Below, piece by piece: positions 18,959-27,508 of a stretch of 33,822 nt of DNA (the first letter of the stretch is position 1; each line of letters opens with the position of its first letter). The notes under the pieces were generated by a model. It was not told where the DNA came from. It saw only the letters and a list, made by a program, of their open reading frames with translations, and did not search any database. Source of the stretch: Fidelibacterota bacterium (GTDB lineage: Bacteria; Fidelibacterota; UBA2242); NCBI GenBank assembly GCA_049975265.1, contig JBNGDF010000028.1:1-33822 (forward strand), written 5' to 3'. The position numbers were made by a program, and so were the translations under genes.

Positions 18959-19012
18959 AAATCGGTGACAACGAGCAAATATTTTAACAATCATAGAATG
19001 AAGTAATTATAA

Positions 19013-19294
19013 ATGGGTTGTCATAAGGAAAAAAAGGAGTCTATTCTCTGCGCCGATCAGAGAGACTACCGTTTGCTGGCATTGGATGATTGCGTGTTCT
19101 GCACCCTGATTTCATTTCCGGTAAATGATGATGATATCGCCGATATGATGTGGGAGCAGCTATGCCTGAACAACACAGTTAATACGGACGATAAAGATTT
19201 GTTGAAATCGGCGCTGCTGGAGTTTTACCGGGCGCACAAGGATGAGTATTCAATCATGTCATCTGAATGCTCAGGCTGTAGCGAATGCGGGTAA
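19013..19294 (+). CDS. Hypothetical small Cys-rich acidic protein
   Basis: 93 aa with 8 Cys including CVFC and C-terminal CSGCSECG. It is co-oriented with the ars operon and immediately followed by a terminator. Confidence 0.65.
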   Translation: MGCHKEKKESILCADQRDYRLLALDDCVFCTLISFPVNDDDIADMMWEQLCLNNTVNTDDKDLLKSALLEFYRAHKDEYSIMSSECSGCSECG

Positions 19295-19299
19295 TTGCG

Positions 19300-19320
19300 G
19301 GGGTTGAAACTCCTTTTTTT
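19300..19320 (+). terminator. Probable intrinsic terminator ending the ars operon
   Basis: GGGGT-TGAA-ACTCC short hairpin followed by T7, 5 bp after the stop codon. Confidence 0.5.
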
Positions 19321-19335
19321 GGTGAGTACACTCAT

Positions 19336-19535
19336 CCCCGGGCTCAAGCCCGGGGCTATTCTACTCTCATGAATTCTAACTCGTCACGTCGCTTTGCGGC
19401 GAGATGAACTATTGAGGTTACGCCGCAGGAGCGGCGTAACCAGTGGTAACGACGGATGCCTCACTGCGTTTTCCTCGTTCCGGGCGTCTTCGTCCGGAAC
19501 GGATTTCGCGCTGCGAAATGCAAGCCCGCAGCGAG
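19336..19535. repeat. Cluster of GC-rich palindromes (REP-like or structured RNA)
   Basis: CCCCGGGC-TCAA-GCCCGGGG (19336-55), GGTTACGCCGC-AGGA-GCGGCGTAACC (19416-41), CGTTCCGGGCG-TCTT-CGTCCGGAACG (19476-501), ATTTCGC-GCT-GCGAAAT (19503-19). Confidence 0.65.
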
Positions 19536-19923
19536 AGAAAAAAGTCACTGGATTTAATTCATAAAAAATTTAATACTACTCACTAAGGATAGCAGATCAC
19601 CCTCACGAAGGACTCTCGAATTGAACATCTTTTTCTAAACAAAAATCATCCTAAAGAGCTATAGACATTGATTTTTCAATAGTGTACATTGATTTTGCCG
19701 GATTATGCCGGAGACGATATGGAACCTGTATCTCGTTTTTCCCTCTTTATAAATAAACGATCACCGCTTACTGGCGAAAATGAAGATTGCCGGAACCGGC
19801 GTTACGGCAATTTGGTTTTACTGTCCGGCTTGCTCCCGATGGGCAGCATGCAAAATTGGTATTCGATGAAGCCAAAATATAGGATATTGGATTAAAAATA
19901 GTTGAAATGTGGGGCAATAAATA

Positions 19924-20710
19924 ATGAATATCAAAAATATCCTGGATTTAGATAACGAAAGAAAATACCACTTTGCACTATTTAGTATCATTATCACTAT
20001 TTTTGTGATGATCATATTTATCATCATCGATTATCTCGAGCGCGATCTAATAGAATGTATCATAGAAATACTTGTCGCAGTGGTGTTAATCATTTGCATT
20101 ATTTATTTAAAAAGGTCCTCAAAACGAAATATTATATATCGTGGAACAATGGTTCTGATAGCTTTACTGTATTTGGTCAGCGCTGCAACAGGTTCGGGTG
20201 AGGAAACCATATTGTACTGGGTGCTGGTTCTGCCATTATTTACATTCTCTCTGTTGGGAAAGCAGGAAGGCTTAATCTTATCGCTTGTATTCTTTGCCAT
20301 CCTCACGGTGATATTACTCATACCTTCAATATTTGATACTTATAAATATGAATCCGGGCAGGCTTTTCGGTTTATCGGAGCCTATCTTTTTATCCTGTAT
20401 ATTACGTACAAACTTGAATCAAGCCGGGATAATTATTTCAATCAATTAGTCAAAATCGCCCAGGAGATGGATATTGAAAAAGAGAGACTGGAAAAATCTC
20501 TGAAAGAAATAAAAACCCTAAGTGGCATGCTTCCAATTTGTGCCTCCTGTAAAAAAACTCCGGGATGATAAAGGCTACTGGAATGAAGTAGCGGGATATA
20601 TCACAGATCATTCCGAAGCCGTATTCACCCACGGTATGTGTCCGGATTGTATGAAGAAATGGTATCCGGATTATGTGGCAGAAAAAGATAAGAATGATAA
20701 AGTAAATTAG
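19924..20710 (+). pseudogene. Membrane protein with C-terminal LPICxxCK.RDD..YW..THG.CP.C Cys domain, split by a +1 frameshift
   Basis: The first frame gives about 6 TM segments plus ...LSGMLPICASCKK then stops at 20568. The next frame continues LRDDKGYWNEVAGYITDHSEAVFTHGMCPDC to 20710. The shift maps to the A7 run at 20551-57. Confidence 0.75.
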
Positions 20711-21046
20711 TCTATCAGAAACCCACGGCGGCAGTCATATTAGGGCGGCTATATTTCAATGTCAGCCCTTTATAAATTTCAGACGAACAATGATTCCAGA
20801 CTGCCTTTCTGTCAATAATCGCGAAATATTTACCACTTTAAGTTCACTGATTTTTTCATATTCACAAGAGGATCTCTCGTCGAAGACTCACGGTGAAACC
20901 ATAAAATTAGTGAAGGTCAAATGCGCTTTTTGTGATTCACGGAGTAAAGTGTTCGTTACATCGCAGAGCAGGGTAACGAGGATGAAATTGCCATAAGATT
21001 CAACTTATGGAGTAAATGTCATTTATGCGTGTCTTAATGCTTAGAT

Positions 21047-22198
21047 CTAATCGTTGATATATACCCGTGGCACGCGTTTCGTGACAGCGCAGCACAGTTC
21101 ATAAGCAATCGTGCCGATGCGGTGAGCTACCTTTGCCGCCTGCAGGCTACCCATAGGCGTATCACCCCAAAAGACGGCTTCATCGCCCACTTTTACCGGA
21201 TCATCCCCGACATTCACCATGACCTGATCCATGGTGACGATCCCGACGACCGGGTAAAGTTTCCCGTTGATCAGCACATCGGCGTTGTTGCTCATCGCCC
21301 GGGGAATTCCATCGGCATAGCCCACGGGCAGCACGGCGATTGACGTCTCTTTTTCGGTGATATATTTCCGCCCGTAGCTCACCGAACTACCAGCCGGCAA
21401 CCGACGCACCAGCCCGACATGGGTTTTCAGGGTCATCACCTGTTTCAGCGGAACGGATTCCGAAGTAACCAAACTCGGATAATGCCCATAAAGTGAAATT
21501 CCCGCCCGCACCAGATCAAATCTGGTTTCCGGTAAATCAAGGATGGCACCGCTATTGGCGGTATGAATCATCAGGTGGTAGGGCAGCTGCCCGATTAATC
21601 CATCAATGACCGCTTTAAAACGCTTTAATTGTAATGCTGAATAGGATTTATCCTTTTCATCGGAAGTGGCGAAATGGGTGTAAATACCCGCCACCTTCAG
21701 TTGGTCAATATTGACTAACTCAATAATGGCGCTGCGGGCTTTATCGTAGGGTATTCCCACCCGCCCCATCCCGGTATCAATATTCAGATGGACCGTTGCA
21801 AGGATTGAATTCCGAACCGCAATTTCCCGAATTGTCTGGATATCACCGTAATCGGTCACTGTTATCTGGATACCATTTTTCAAGGCGGTCTCTATCTCGT
21901 CGGGAAACAGGCTACCGAAGATCAGAATATTCTCTTCAACGCCGGTGTTTCTCAATTCCAGGGCTTCGGACAGGCGGGCAACGGCGAAATATTCAACCCC
22001 CTCTCTGACCAGTCGTTTGGTCACTTCGACGGCACCGTGCCCGTAGGCATCGGCTTTGACCACACACATCACATCGGCGGGCACCACTTTCTTGCGGATT
22101 TGATTCAGATTATGGACTAAATGATCCAGATGGATTTCAGCGACCGTGTACTGGCTGCTGGCTGCTGGCTGCTGGCTGCTGGGTATTTGTTTAATCAT
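21047..22198 (-). CDS. alr: Alanine racemase
   Basis: VVKADAYGHG (PLP lysine), IDTGMGRVG, YTHFA, HTANSG, VSYG and GTIAYEL. Confidence 0.97.
   Translation of the reverse strand: MIKQIPSSQQPAASSQYTVAEIHLDHLVHNLNQIRKKVVPADVMCVVKADAYGHGAVEVTKRLVREGVEYFAVARLSEALELRNTGVEENILIFGSLFPDEIETALKNGIQITVTDYGDIQTIREIAVRNSILATVHLNIDTGMGRVGIPYDKARSAIIELVNIDQLKVAGIYTHFATSDEKDKSYSALQLKRFKAVIDGLIGQLPYHLMIHTANSGAILDLPETRFDLVRAGISLYGHYPSLVTSESVPLKQVMTLKTHVGLVRRLPAGSSVSYGRKYITEKETSIAVLPVGYADGIPRAMSNNADVLINGKLYPVVGIVTMDQVMVNVGDDPVKVGDEAVFWGDTPMGSLQAAKVAHRIGTIAYELCCAVTKRVPRVYIND
22151..22182. repeat. Perfect heptamer tandem repeat (CTGGCTG)x4.5 within the 5' end of alr
   Basis: CTGGCTG at 22151, 22158, 22165 and 22172 plus CTGG; encodes PSSQQPAASSQ. 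Confidence 0.88.
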
Positions 22199-22214
22199 AA
22201 ATATTTCTCTAATA

Positions 22215-22246
22215 CATCCCCCTTTGAAGGGGGAAAAAGGGGGATG
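22215..22246. repeat. Palindromic repeat at the 3' flank of the DUF559 gene
   Basis: CATCCCCCTTTGAAGGGGGAAAAAGGGGGATG; internally palindromic and inverted relative to 22645-22675. Confidence 0.8.
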
Positions 22247-22251
22247 AAAAA

Positions 22252-22623
22252 TTAACCTATTAACAACTCGTCTATCTCTTTTTTCAATACTTCCAAAACA
22301 GAATCAATATCATTCCGCACATCATCATCAGCAAAATGAACAACTTTCACCCCAAGCTGCTCTAACCTATTCTGTCTCCTCCTGTCATACTCAATTTTTT
22401 TATCGTGTGAGATGCCGTCAATCTCAATTGCCAGCTTTAGCACATGACAATAAAAATCAACAATATAATTATCTATTGGAGCTTGTCGGTGAAATTCAAA
22501 TCCGTTAATTGCTTTTTTCTGAATAGATTTCCAAAGAATTACCTCAGCCAAAGTGCCCTTTTTTGGCAACTCTCTGGTATATTTGCGTAGTTTCGGATTG
22601 TATGGAATGATTGTATTTCGCAT
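22252..22623 (-). CDS. DUF559 / Vsr-like endonuclease domain protein
   Basis: IIPYNPKL, TLAEVILW, FHRQAPIDNYIVDFYC, LAIEIDGISH and YDRRRQNRLEQLG. ATG 22623 is preferred; the ORF-track start 22647 lies in the repeat. Confidence 0.88.
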   Translation of the reverse strand: MRNTIIPYNPKLRKYTRELPKKGTLAEVILWKSIQKKAINGFEFHRQAPIDNYIVDFYCHVLKLAIEIDGISHDKKIEYDRRRQNRLEQLGVKVVHFADDDVRNDIDSVLEVLKKEIDELLIG

Positions 22624-22640
22624 AAATGACTTTACTACTC

Positions 22641-23144
22641 TCAACATCCCCCTGAATCTCCCTTTAAAGGGGGATTTTCCACATCAACAATCCTTGCTTT
22701 CAAAAACATTTTCAGTTCATCAAAGTCTTTAAAAAATTCCGTCGTACAACCCAGAATCCAGCCGCTAATCTTTTCCAGCGGCAGCGGAGTCACCATATAA
22801 ATCGGGATATTATGATAAAACGCGACAGTCAGCTCCCCATAGGTTCCTCCACCCTTTTCAGCATACTCGTCCCACAGACAGACAACATAATCAATTTCCG
22901 TAAGAATCGAGTTGATATCGTTACGGATCAGTTTTCTGACAATCTTTTGAAATTCCGACAGATTGCGGTGTTTCAAAGCCCTGAACTGCTCCCGTTCCAT
23001 CGCCGTCAGGATTTTCGGTTCCTCAATATGCGGATTGTAGGATTCGTGTCCGAATTCCGTTTTCAGAAAAGCAGCCAGATCCGCCCGCCATACCCGCCCT
23101 TTATCCGGAGCATGTTCGATGGCTCCCGCCAGATATGCCTTCAT
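22641..23144 (-). CDS. Nucleoside 2-deoxyribosyltransferase / nucleotide N-glycosidase-like protein
   Basis: KAYLAGAI..WR, YNP, D-containing helix, GGGTYGE (catalytic Glu position) and IPIY, an NDT-superfamily pattern. Confidence 0.68.
   Translation of the reverse strand: MKAYLAGAIEHAPDKGRVWRADLAAFLKTEFGHESYNPHIEEPKILTAMEREQFRALKHRNLSEFQKIVRKLIRNDINSILTEIDYVVCLWDEYAEKGGGTYGELTVAFYHNIPIYMVTPLPLEKISGWILGCTTEFFKDFDELKMFLKARIVDVENPPLKGDSGGC
22645..22675. repeat. Palindromic repeat at the 5' flank of the DUF559 gene
   Basis: CATCCCCCTGAATCTCCCTTTAAAGGGGGAT; its reverse complement matches 22216-22246 at 26/31 positions. Confidence 0.8.
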
Positions 23145-23893
23145 CGGGAGTTCCGTCTTTTGTATAGGAAATAGGAAATGAAATAGATCACAATTGCCAG
23201 CAGCGCCAGATAGATCAGATTGACCGTCTCAGTAGTATGATACACAAGGATATCCCTGCCTCCCTCAAAAAGGATACTCGCCGGAAAATAATGAATAATC
23301 ACCCCGGCGACTCCGGAATATTGAAATGAAGGCACAATAATACCACAAACCAGGAATATTATTATTATGAAGATAATCGTGAATTCACTGCGAATTTTTA
23401 TATTGGTGGAAATAATTCCCGCCATAATGCCGAATTGATTGATCGAAAGTAATCCCAATAAATAATAGAGCCAAAAGAGCACCAGTGAACCGAAATTTAC
23501 CGGACATTTTCCGACGATCAGCAGCACAGTAGTACTCAGCAGGAGATGCCCGGCGGATTTCAGCCAGTATATCAGCGATTTGACCAGATATACCTGCCGG
23601 CACAGCAGCGGTGATGACAAAATCTGATCCGTCAATCCAATTTCCCGACTATAGTGAAAGGAATCCTGCAACGGAATATTAAATGCGATGATGCCGGTGA
23701 TAAAACCGATAATTCCCGGTGTCATCCACTGGCAAATATCCACAAACTGAATTCGGGGCAGCAGCAGACCCAGTCCGATAACAAACAGCAGATAGAGCAG
23801 CAAGGTTGACAGAATATTTATAAGCACCGCAATACTCGCCCGTACTGGTTGCGGTTTTAATTCCAGCATCAGAATTGAAAAGATATGCTCCAT
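23141..23893 (-). CDS. ABC-2 type exporter permease
   Basis: About 6 TM segments, WMTPGII, ILSSPL..VYLVK and HYFP...EGGR; coupled to the ABC ATPase gene. Confidence 0.8.
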   Translation of the reverse strand: MEHIFSILMLELKPQPVRASIAVLINILSTLLLYLLFVIGLGLLLPRIQFVDICQWMTPGIIGFITGIIAFNIPLQDSFHYSREIGLTDQILSSPLLCRQVYLVKSLIYWLKSAGHLLLSTTVLLIVGKCPVNFGSLVLFWLYYLLGLLSINQFGIMAGIISTNIKIRSEFTIIFIIIIFLVCGIIVPSFQYSGVAGVIIHYFPASILFEGGRDILVYHTTETVNLIYLALLAIVIYFISYFLYKRRNSR

Positions 23894-23894
23894 A

Positions 23895-24815
23895 TCAATA
23901 TCCTTCGTCGGTTAGTTTATCCAGAAACTCCTCAATGTGAATCGAGCTGCCCGAAATGGAGAGCACATCGTCCAGGTCAATTTTATTCAAAACGCTGATA
24001 AAATTCGCCAGATTATCGGTAACAATCTGGATCGTCTTGCCCAGATCCTGGATTTCCTTGATCTCACTTATGTTTTGGAGCGACCGGATCAAATCAGAAT
24101 CGTCATTTCCGATCTCGATATTACCGAAAAAGGGGATTTCGGTCTGCGATACCATATTCTCAAGCGTTCCGTCGAAGCGAACACGGGCGCGGTCCAGGAC
24201 GATCCAGCGATCGGCAATGGTCTGAATTTCCGAAAATTCATTGGAGGAGAGCACAAAGGTCTTTTCCCCCTTATGCTTTAATATATATCGAAACAGAATG
24301 GCACGGGCATTGTAGTCGAGTCCCATAGTCGGCTCATCGAAAATAACAACCTCAGGATCACCCATCAGAACCTGGACGATATCCAGGCGACGTTTGACCC
24401 CTTTGGAATAGGTAACCGGAAAATCGTCAATCTCTTTTTCGATTTCAAACAGTTTCACCAGCGGCGTTACAACCTTCGGGAAATCCTCCTCCGGGATTCC
24501 GAGATAAGCCGCCCGTTTTAGCAGATTTTCACGACCGGATAACCAGGAATCGTGGATGTCATGATCCGGGAGATAGGCAAGATTTTTTTTCACATCTTTC
24601 GCATTGGCGGCGATGTCTTTTCCGTCGATATAAACGATACCACTATCCGGTTTCATGATTGTCGACAGAATGCGCAGCAGAGTCGATTTCCCCGCACCGT
24701 TACGCCCGATAATCGCAAAAGTTGATCCCTTTTCAATGCCGATACTTAATCCGCTCAGAACATATTTTTTGTTAAAATGCTTACTGACATTTTTTAATGT
24801 GATTGATGCTTCCAT
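23895..24815 (-). CDS. ABC transporter ATP-binding protein
   Basis: Walker A GRNGAGKST, signature-like YSKGVKRR and Walker B VIFDEP; 1-bp overlap with the polA stop. Confidence 0.93.
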   Translation of the reverse strand: MEASITLKNVSKHFNKKYVLSGLSIGIEKGSTFAIIGRNGAGKSTLLRILSTIMKPDSGIVYIDGKDIAANAKDVKKNLAYLPDHDIHDSWLSGRENLLKRAAYLGIPEEDFPKVVTPLVKLFEIEKEIDDFPVTYSKGVKRRLDIVQVLMGDPEVVIFDEPTMGLDYNARAILFRYILKHKGEKTFVLSSNEFSEIQTIADRWIVLDRARVRFDGTLENMVSQTEIPFFGNIEIGNDDSDLIRSLQNISEIKEIQDLGKTIQIVTDNLANFISVLNKIDLDDVLSISGSSIHIEEFLDKLTDEGY

Positions 24816-27508
24816 CAGTGTGCCTCATACCATGAATTTCCAACTCCAATATCCACCTTCACCGGAATGTCGAGCGGCAGTGCTCCCTCCATTTCCTGCT
24901 TTACGATAGATGTGACCACTTCCACCTCATCTTCAGCGACCTCAAACAGCAATTCGTCATGAATTTGCAGAATCATCATCGCCCGAAGTTTCTCTGTAAT
25001 CAGCCTGTCATGAATCCGGATCATGGCGATTTTGATCATATCCGCCGCTGTGCCTTGAATCGGCATATTGATCGCCGCGCGTTCGGCGGCTTCACGAACA
25101 TTCTTATTGCTACTGTTGATGTCGTGCACATAGCGCAGGCGCCCGGATAGAGTCTTTACAAAGCCGTTTTCCCGGGCGTCATTCAGGGTGGCGATGATGT
25201 AATTGTTGATTCCCGGATAGGTATTGAAGTAGTTATCGACAATTTTCCGGGCTTCCTGCATCGGAATTTTCAGTTCCTCGGACATCCGGAATGGTCCGGC
25301 GCCGTACATAATTCCAAAATTCACGACCTTCGCCACCCGGCGCATTTCCGGTAATACGTCCTTTTCGGGGACTCCGTAAACCAGCGCCGCCGTCCGGGTA
25401 TGAATATCCACATCTTCCTGAAAGGCTTTAATCAGCTCGGGGTCTTTGGAGAGGTGAGCCATAATGCGCAATTCAATTTGGGAATAATCGGCGGATAAAA
25501 TTTTCCAGCCCTTTTTCTGCGGTACAAAGGCTTTCCGGATTTCACGACCGATGTCAGTGCGGATCGGAATATTCTGAAAATTCGGATCGCTGCTGCTCAA
25601 TCGCCCCGTCGAAGCCGCTGTCTGATTGAAGGAGCTATGCACCCGCCCGGTCCGCCTATTCACCAGCTGTGGTATCGCATCGACATAGGTATTTTGCAGT
25701 TTTGACAGCGTGCGGTAGTCCAGTATCAAGCCCGGCAGGGGATGTTCATCGCGCAATTTCTCCAGTACATTAACGGCGGTCGAGCGCTTCCGTCCCGCAT
25801 TGAGTTTTAGACGATCGAATAGAATATCCGCCAGCTGTTTTGGCGAATTGATATTGAATGTTTCTCCTGCTGCGGAATAGATTTTCGCGGTCAGATTTTC
25901 AATCTGTCTGGACAGGTCTCCGGACATCTGCTTCATAAAATCCGTGTCCAGGTAGACGCCGTTCTCCTCCATCTGCATCAGAACAGGGATCAGCGGCATT
26001 TCGATGCGCTTGAAAATATCGGTGGTTTTATCCTCTTCTAATTTCTCCTGTAAAATCGGTACCAGCTGCAATACCACATCGGCATCCTCAGCCGCATAAA
26101 AACCAACTTTCTCAACAGCGACTTCATCCATGGTGATCTGATTTTTGCCCTTACCAATCAGCTCCTCAATCGGCTGCATGGTATGATTCAAATACTGCTG
26201 TGCCAACCGGTCCAATTTGTAGGATCGGGAATCCGGCTGAATCAGAAACGCCGCAATCATGGTGTCAAATTCCACCGCCTGCAACCGGATTCCGGAACGT
26301 TTCAAAATCAGCATATCGTATTTCAAATTTTGACCGCATTTTGGAATTTTCGAATCCTCGAGAACCGGTTTTAACAATTCGAGAAATTCTATATTATCGT
26401 CCTCTCCGAAGAGCGATTTCTGGGAAACCGGAAACCGGACCGGAATGTAAACCGCCTTATCCGGTTCCCATGCCAGAGAAATGCCGACGATCTCTGCCAG
26501 CATCGGACTGACCGAAGTGGTCTCAAGGTCAACCGAAAGCAGCTGGACATTTTGTAAAGTCTGCACCAGTTTTACAACCTCCGCCCGATCCTTAAGAGTG
26601 CGGTATTCCTTATCAACTTTTTCGGCTTTTTTGGGTGTGCTGAAGCTCTTTATCAGGCTGTAAAATTCCAGTTCTTCAAACAGTTTTATCAACTCGTCGC
26701 GGTTGATCGCCTGTGCCCGCAATGTATCAATTTTAATATCCACCGGTACGTCGGTCTTGATGGTTGCCAGTAGCTTAGAAAATTTTGCCTCTTCTGCGTT
26801 TTCCTTGATCATATCACGTACTCGGGGATTACCGATTTTATCGACATTCTCAATAATATTTTCCAAACTGCCGAATTCCTGCAGGAGAGGTCGGGCTTTT
26901 GCCGGACCGACGCCTTTTACCCCGGGAATATTGTCCGATGTGTCGCCGATCAGTCCCAGATAATCGGCTATCTGCTCCGGTCGCACACCCCATTGCTCTA
27001 CAACGCCGTCCTCGTCGATGACCTCGACCGCTTTCTGACCGCTGGTTGGTTTGTAGATAAAAATATCCGGCTCGAGTAGCTGCATAAAATCCTTGTCGCC
27101 GGTAACCATATAGACCTGCAAACCCTGCTGCCGGGCGTGCTTGGCTAAGGTACCAATGACATCGTCGGCTTCATAGCCGGGACGGATAATAACCGGAATA
27201 TTCATCGCCTCGGTCACTTTGTGGATGTAGGGCAACTGCGAGACCAGTTCGTCGGGCATCGCTTCGCGGGTAGCTTTATAATCCTCATATATCTTATGCC
27301 GGAAGGTCTTTTCCGGGGCATCAAAAACCATCCCGATATAATCCGGCTTTTCCTCTTCGATCAACTTGAGCAGCGAGTTGACATAGGCAAATACAGCACC
27401 TGTCGGCTGACCGGCAGAATTGGTCAGACGATTACGGATCATGCCAAAATAGGAACGGTACGCAATTGCGGAACCGTCGATCAGATATAAAGTCTTTTTT
27501 TTGCTCAT
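24815..27508 (-). CDS. polA: DNA polymerase I
   Basis: 5'-3' exo (LIDGS, EADD, GDKD, GDTSDNIPGV), 3'-5' exo (VDLET, QNLKYD, YAAEDA), and polymerase motifs DYSQIELR, RRVAKVVNFGIMYG and QIHDEL. Confidence 0.99.
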   Translation of the reverse strand: MSKKKTLYLIDGSAIAYRSYFGMIRNRLTNSAGQPTGAVFAYVNSLLKLIEEEKPDYIGMVFDAPEKTFRHKIYEDYKATREAMPDELVSQLPYIHKVTEAMNIPVIIRPGYEADDVIGTLAKHARQQGLQVYMVTGDKDFMQLLEPDIFIYKPTSGQKAVEVIDEDGVVEQWGVRPEQIADYLGLIGDTSDNIPGVKGVGPAKARPLLQEFGSLENIIENVDKIGNPRVRDMIKENAEEAKFSKLLATIKTDVPVDIKIDTLRAQAINRDELIKLFEELEFYSLIKSFSTPKKAEKVDKEYRTLKDRAEVVKLVQTLQNVQLLSVDLETTSVSPMLAEIVGISLAWEPDKAVYIPVRFPVSQKSLFGEDDNIEFLELLKPVLEDSKIPKCGQNLKYDMLILKRSGIRLQAVEFDTMIAAFLIQPDSRSYKLDRLAQQYLNHTMQPIEELIGKGKNQITMDEVAVEKVGFYAAEDADVVLQLVPILQEKLEEDKTTDIFKRIEMPLIPVLMQMEENGVYLDTDFMKQMSGDLSRQIENLTAKIYSAAGETFNINSPKQLADILFDRLKLNAGRKRSTAVNVLEKLRDEHPLPGLILDYRTLSKLQNTYVDAIPQLVNRRTGRVHSSFNQTAASTGRLSSSDPNFQNIPIRTDIGREIRKAFVPQKKGWKILSADYSQIELRIMAHLSKDPELIKAFQEDVDIHTRTAALVYGVPEKDVLPEMRRVAKVVNFGIMYGAGPFRMSEELKIPMQEARKIVDNYFNTYPGINNYIIATLNDARENGFVKTLSGRLRYVHDINSSNKNVREAAERAAINMPIQGTAADMIKIAMIRIHDRLITEKLRAMMILQIHDELLFEVAEDEVEVVTSIVKQEMEGALPLDIPVKVDIGVGNSWYEAH

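Noticed and set aside
19503..19519. ATTTCG..CGAAAT as a second ArsR operator
   Set aside because: The half-sites match but the spacing is 5 bp versus 8 bp in the promoter palindrome, and no promoter overlaps it.
20566..20568. TGA as a selenocysteine codon
   Set aside because: Homology continues in a different frame and the TGA is followed immediately by TAA, so this is a frameshift rather than readthrough.
20711..21046. ORF 20790-20996 or an ncRNA between convergent genes; hairpin CCATAAG/CTTATGG near 20990-21009
   Set aside because: No RBS or motif for the ORF, the hairpin lacks a clear U-tract, and nothing is diagnostic.
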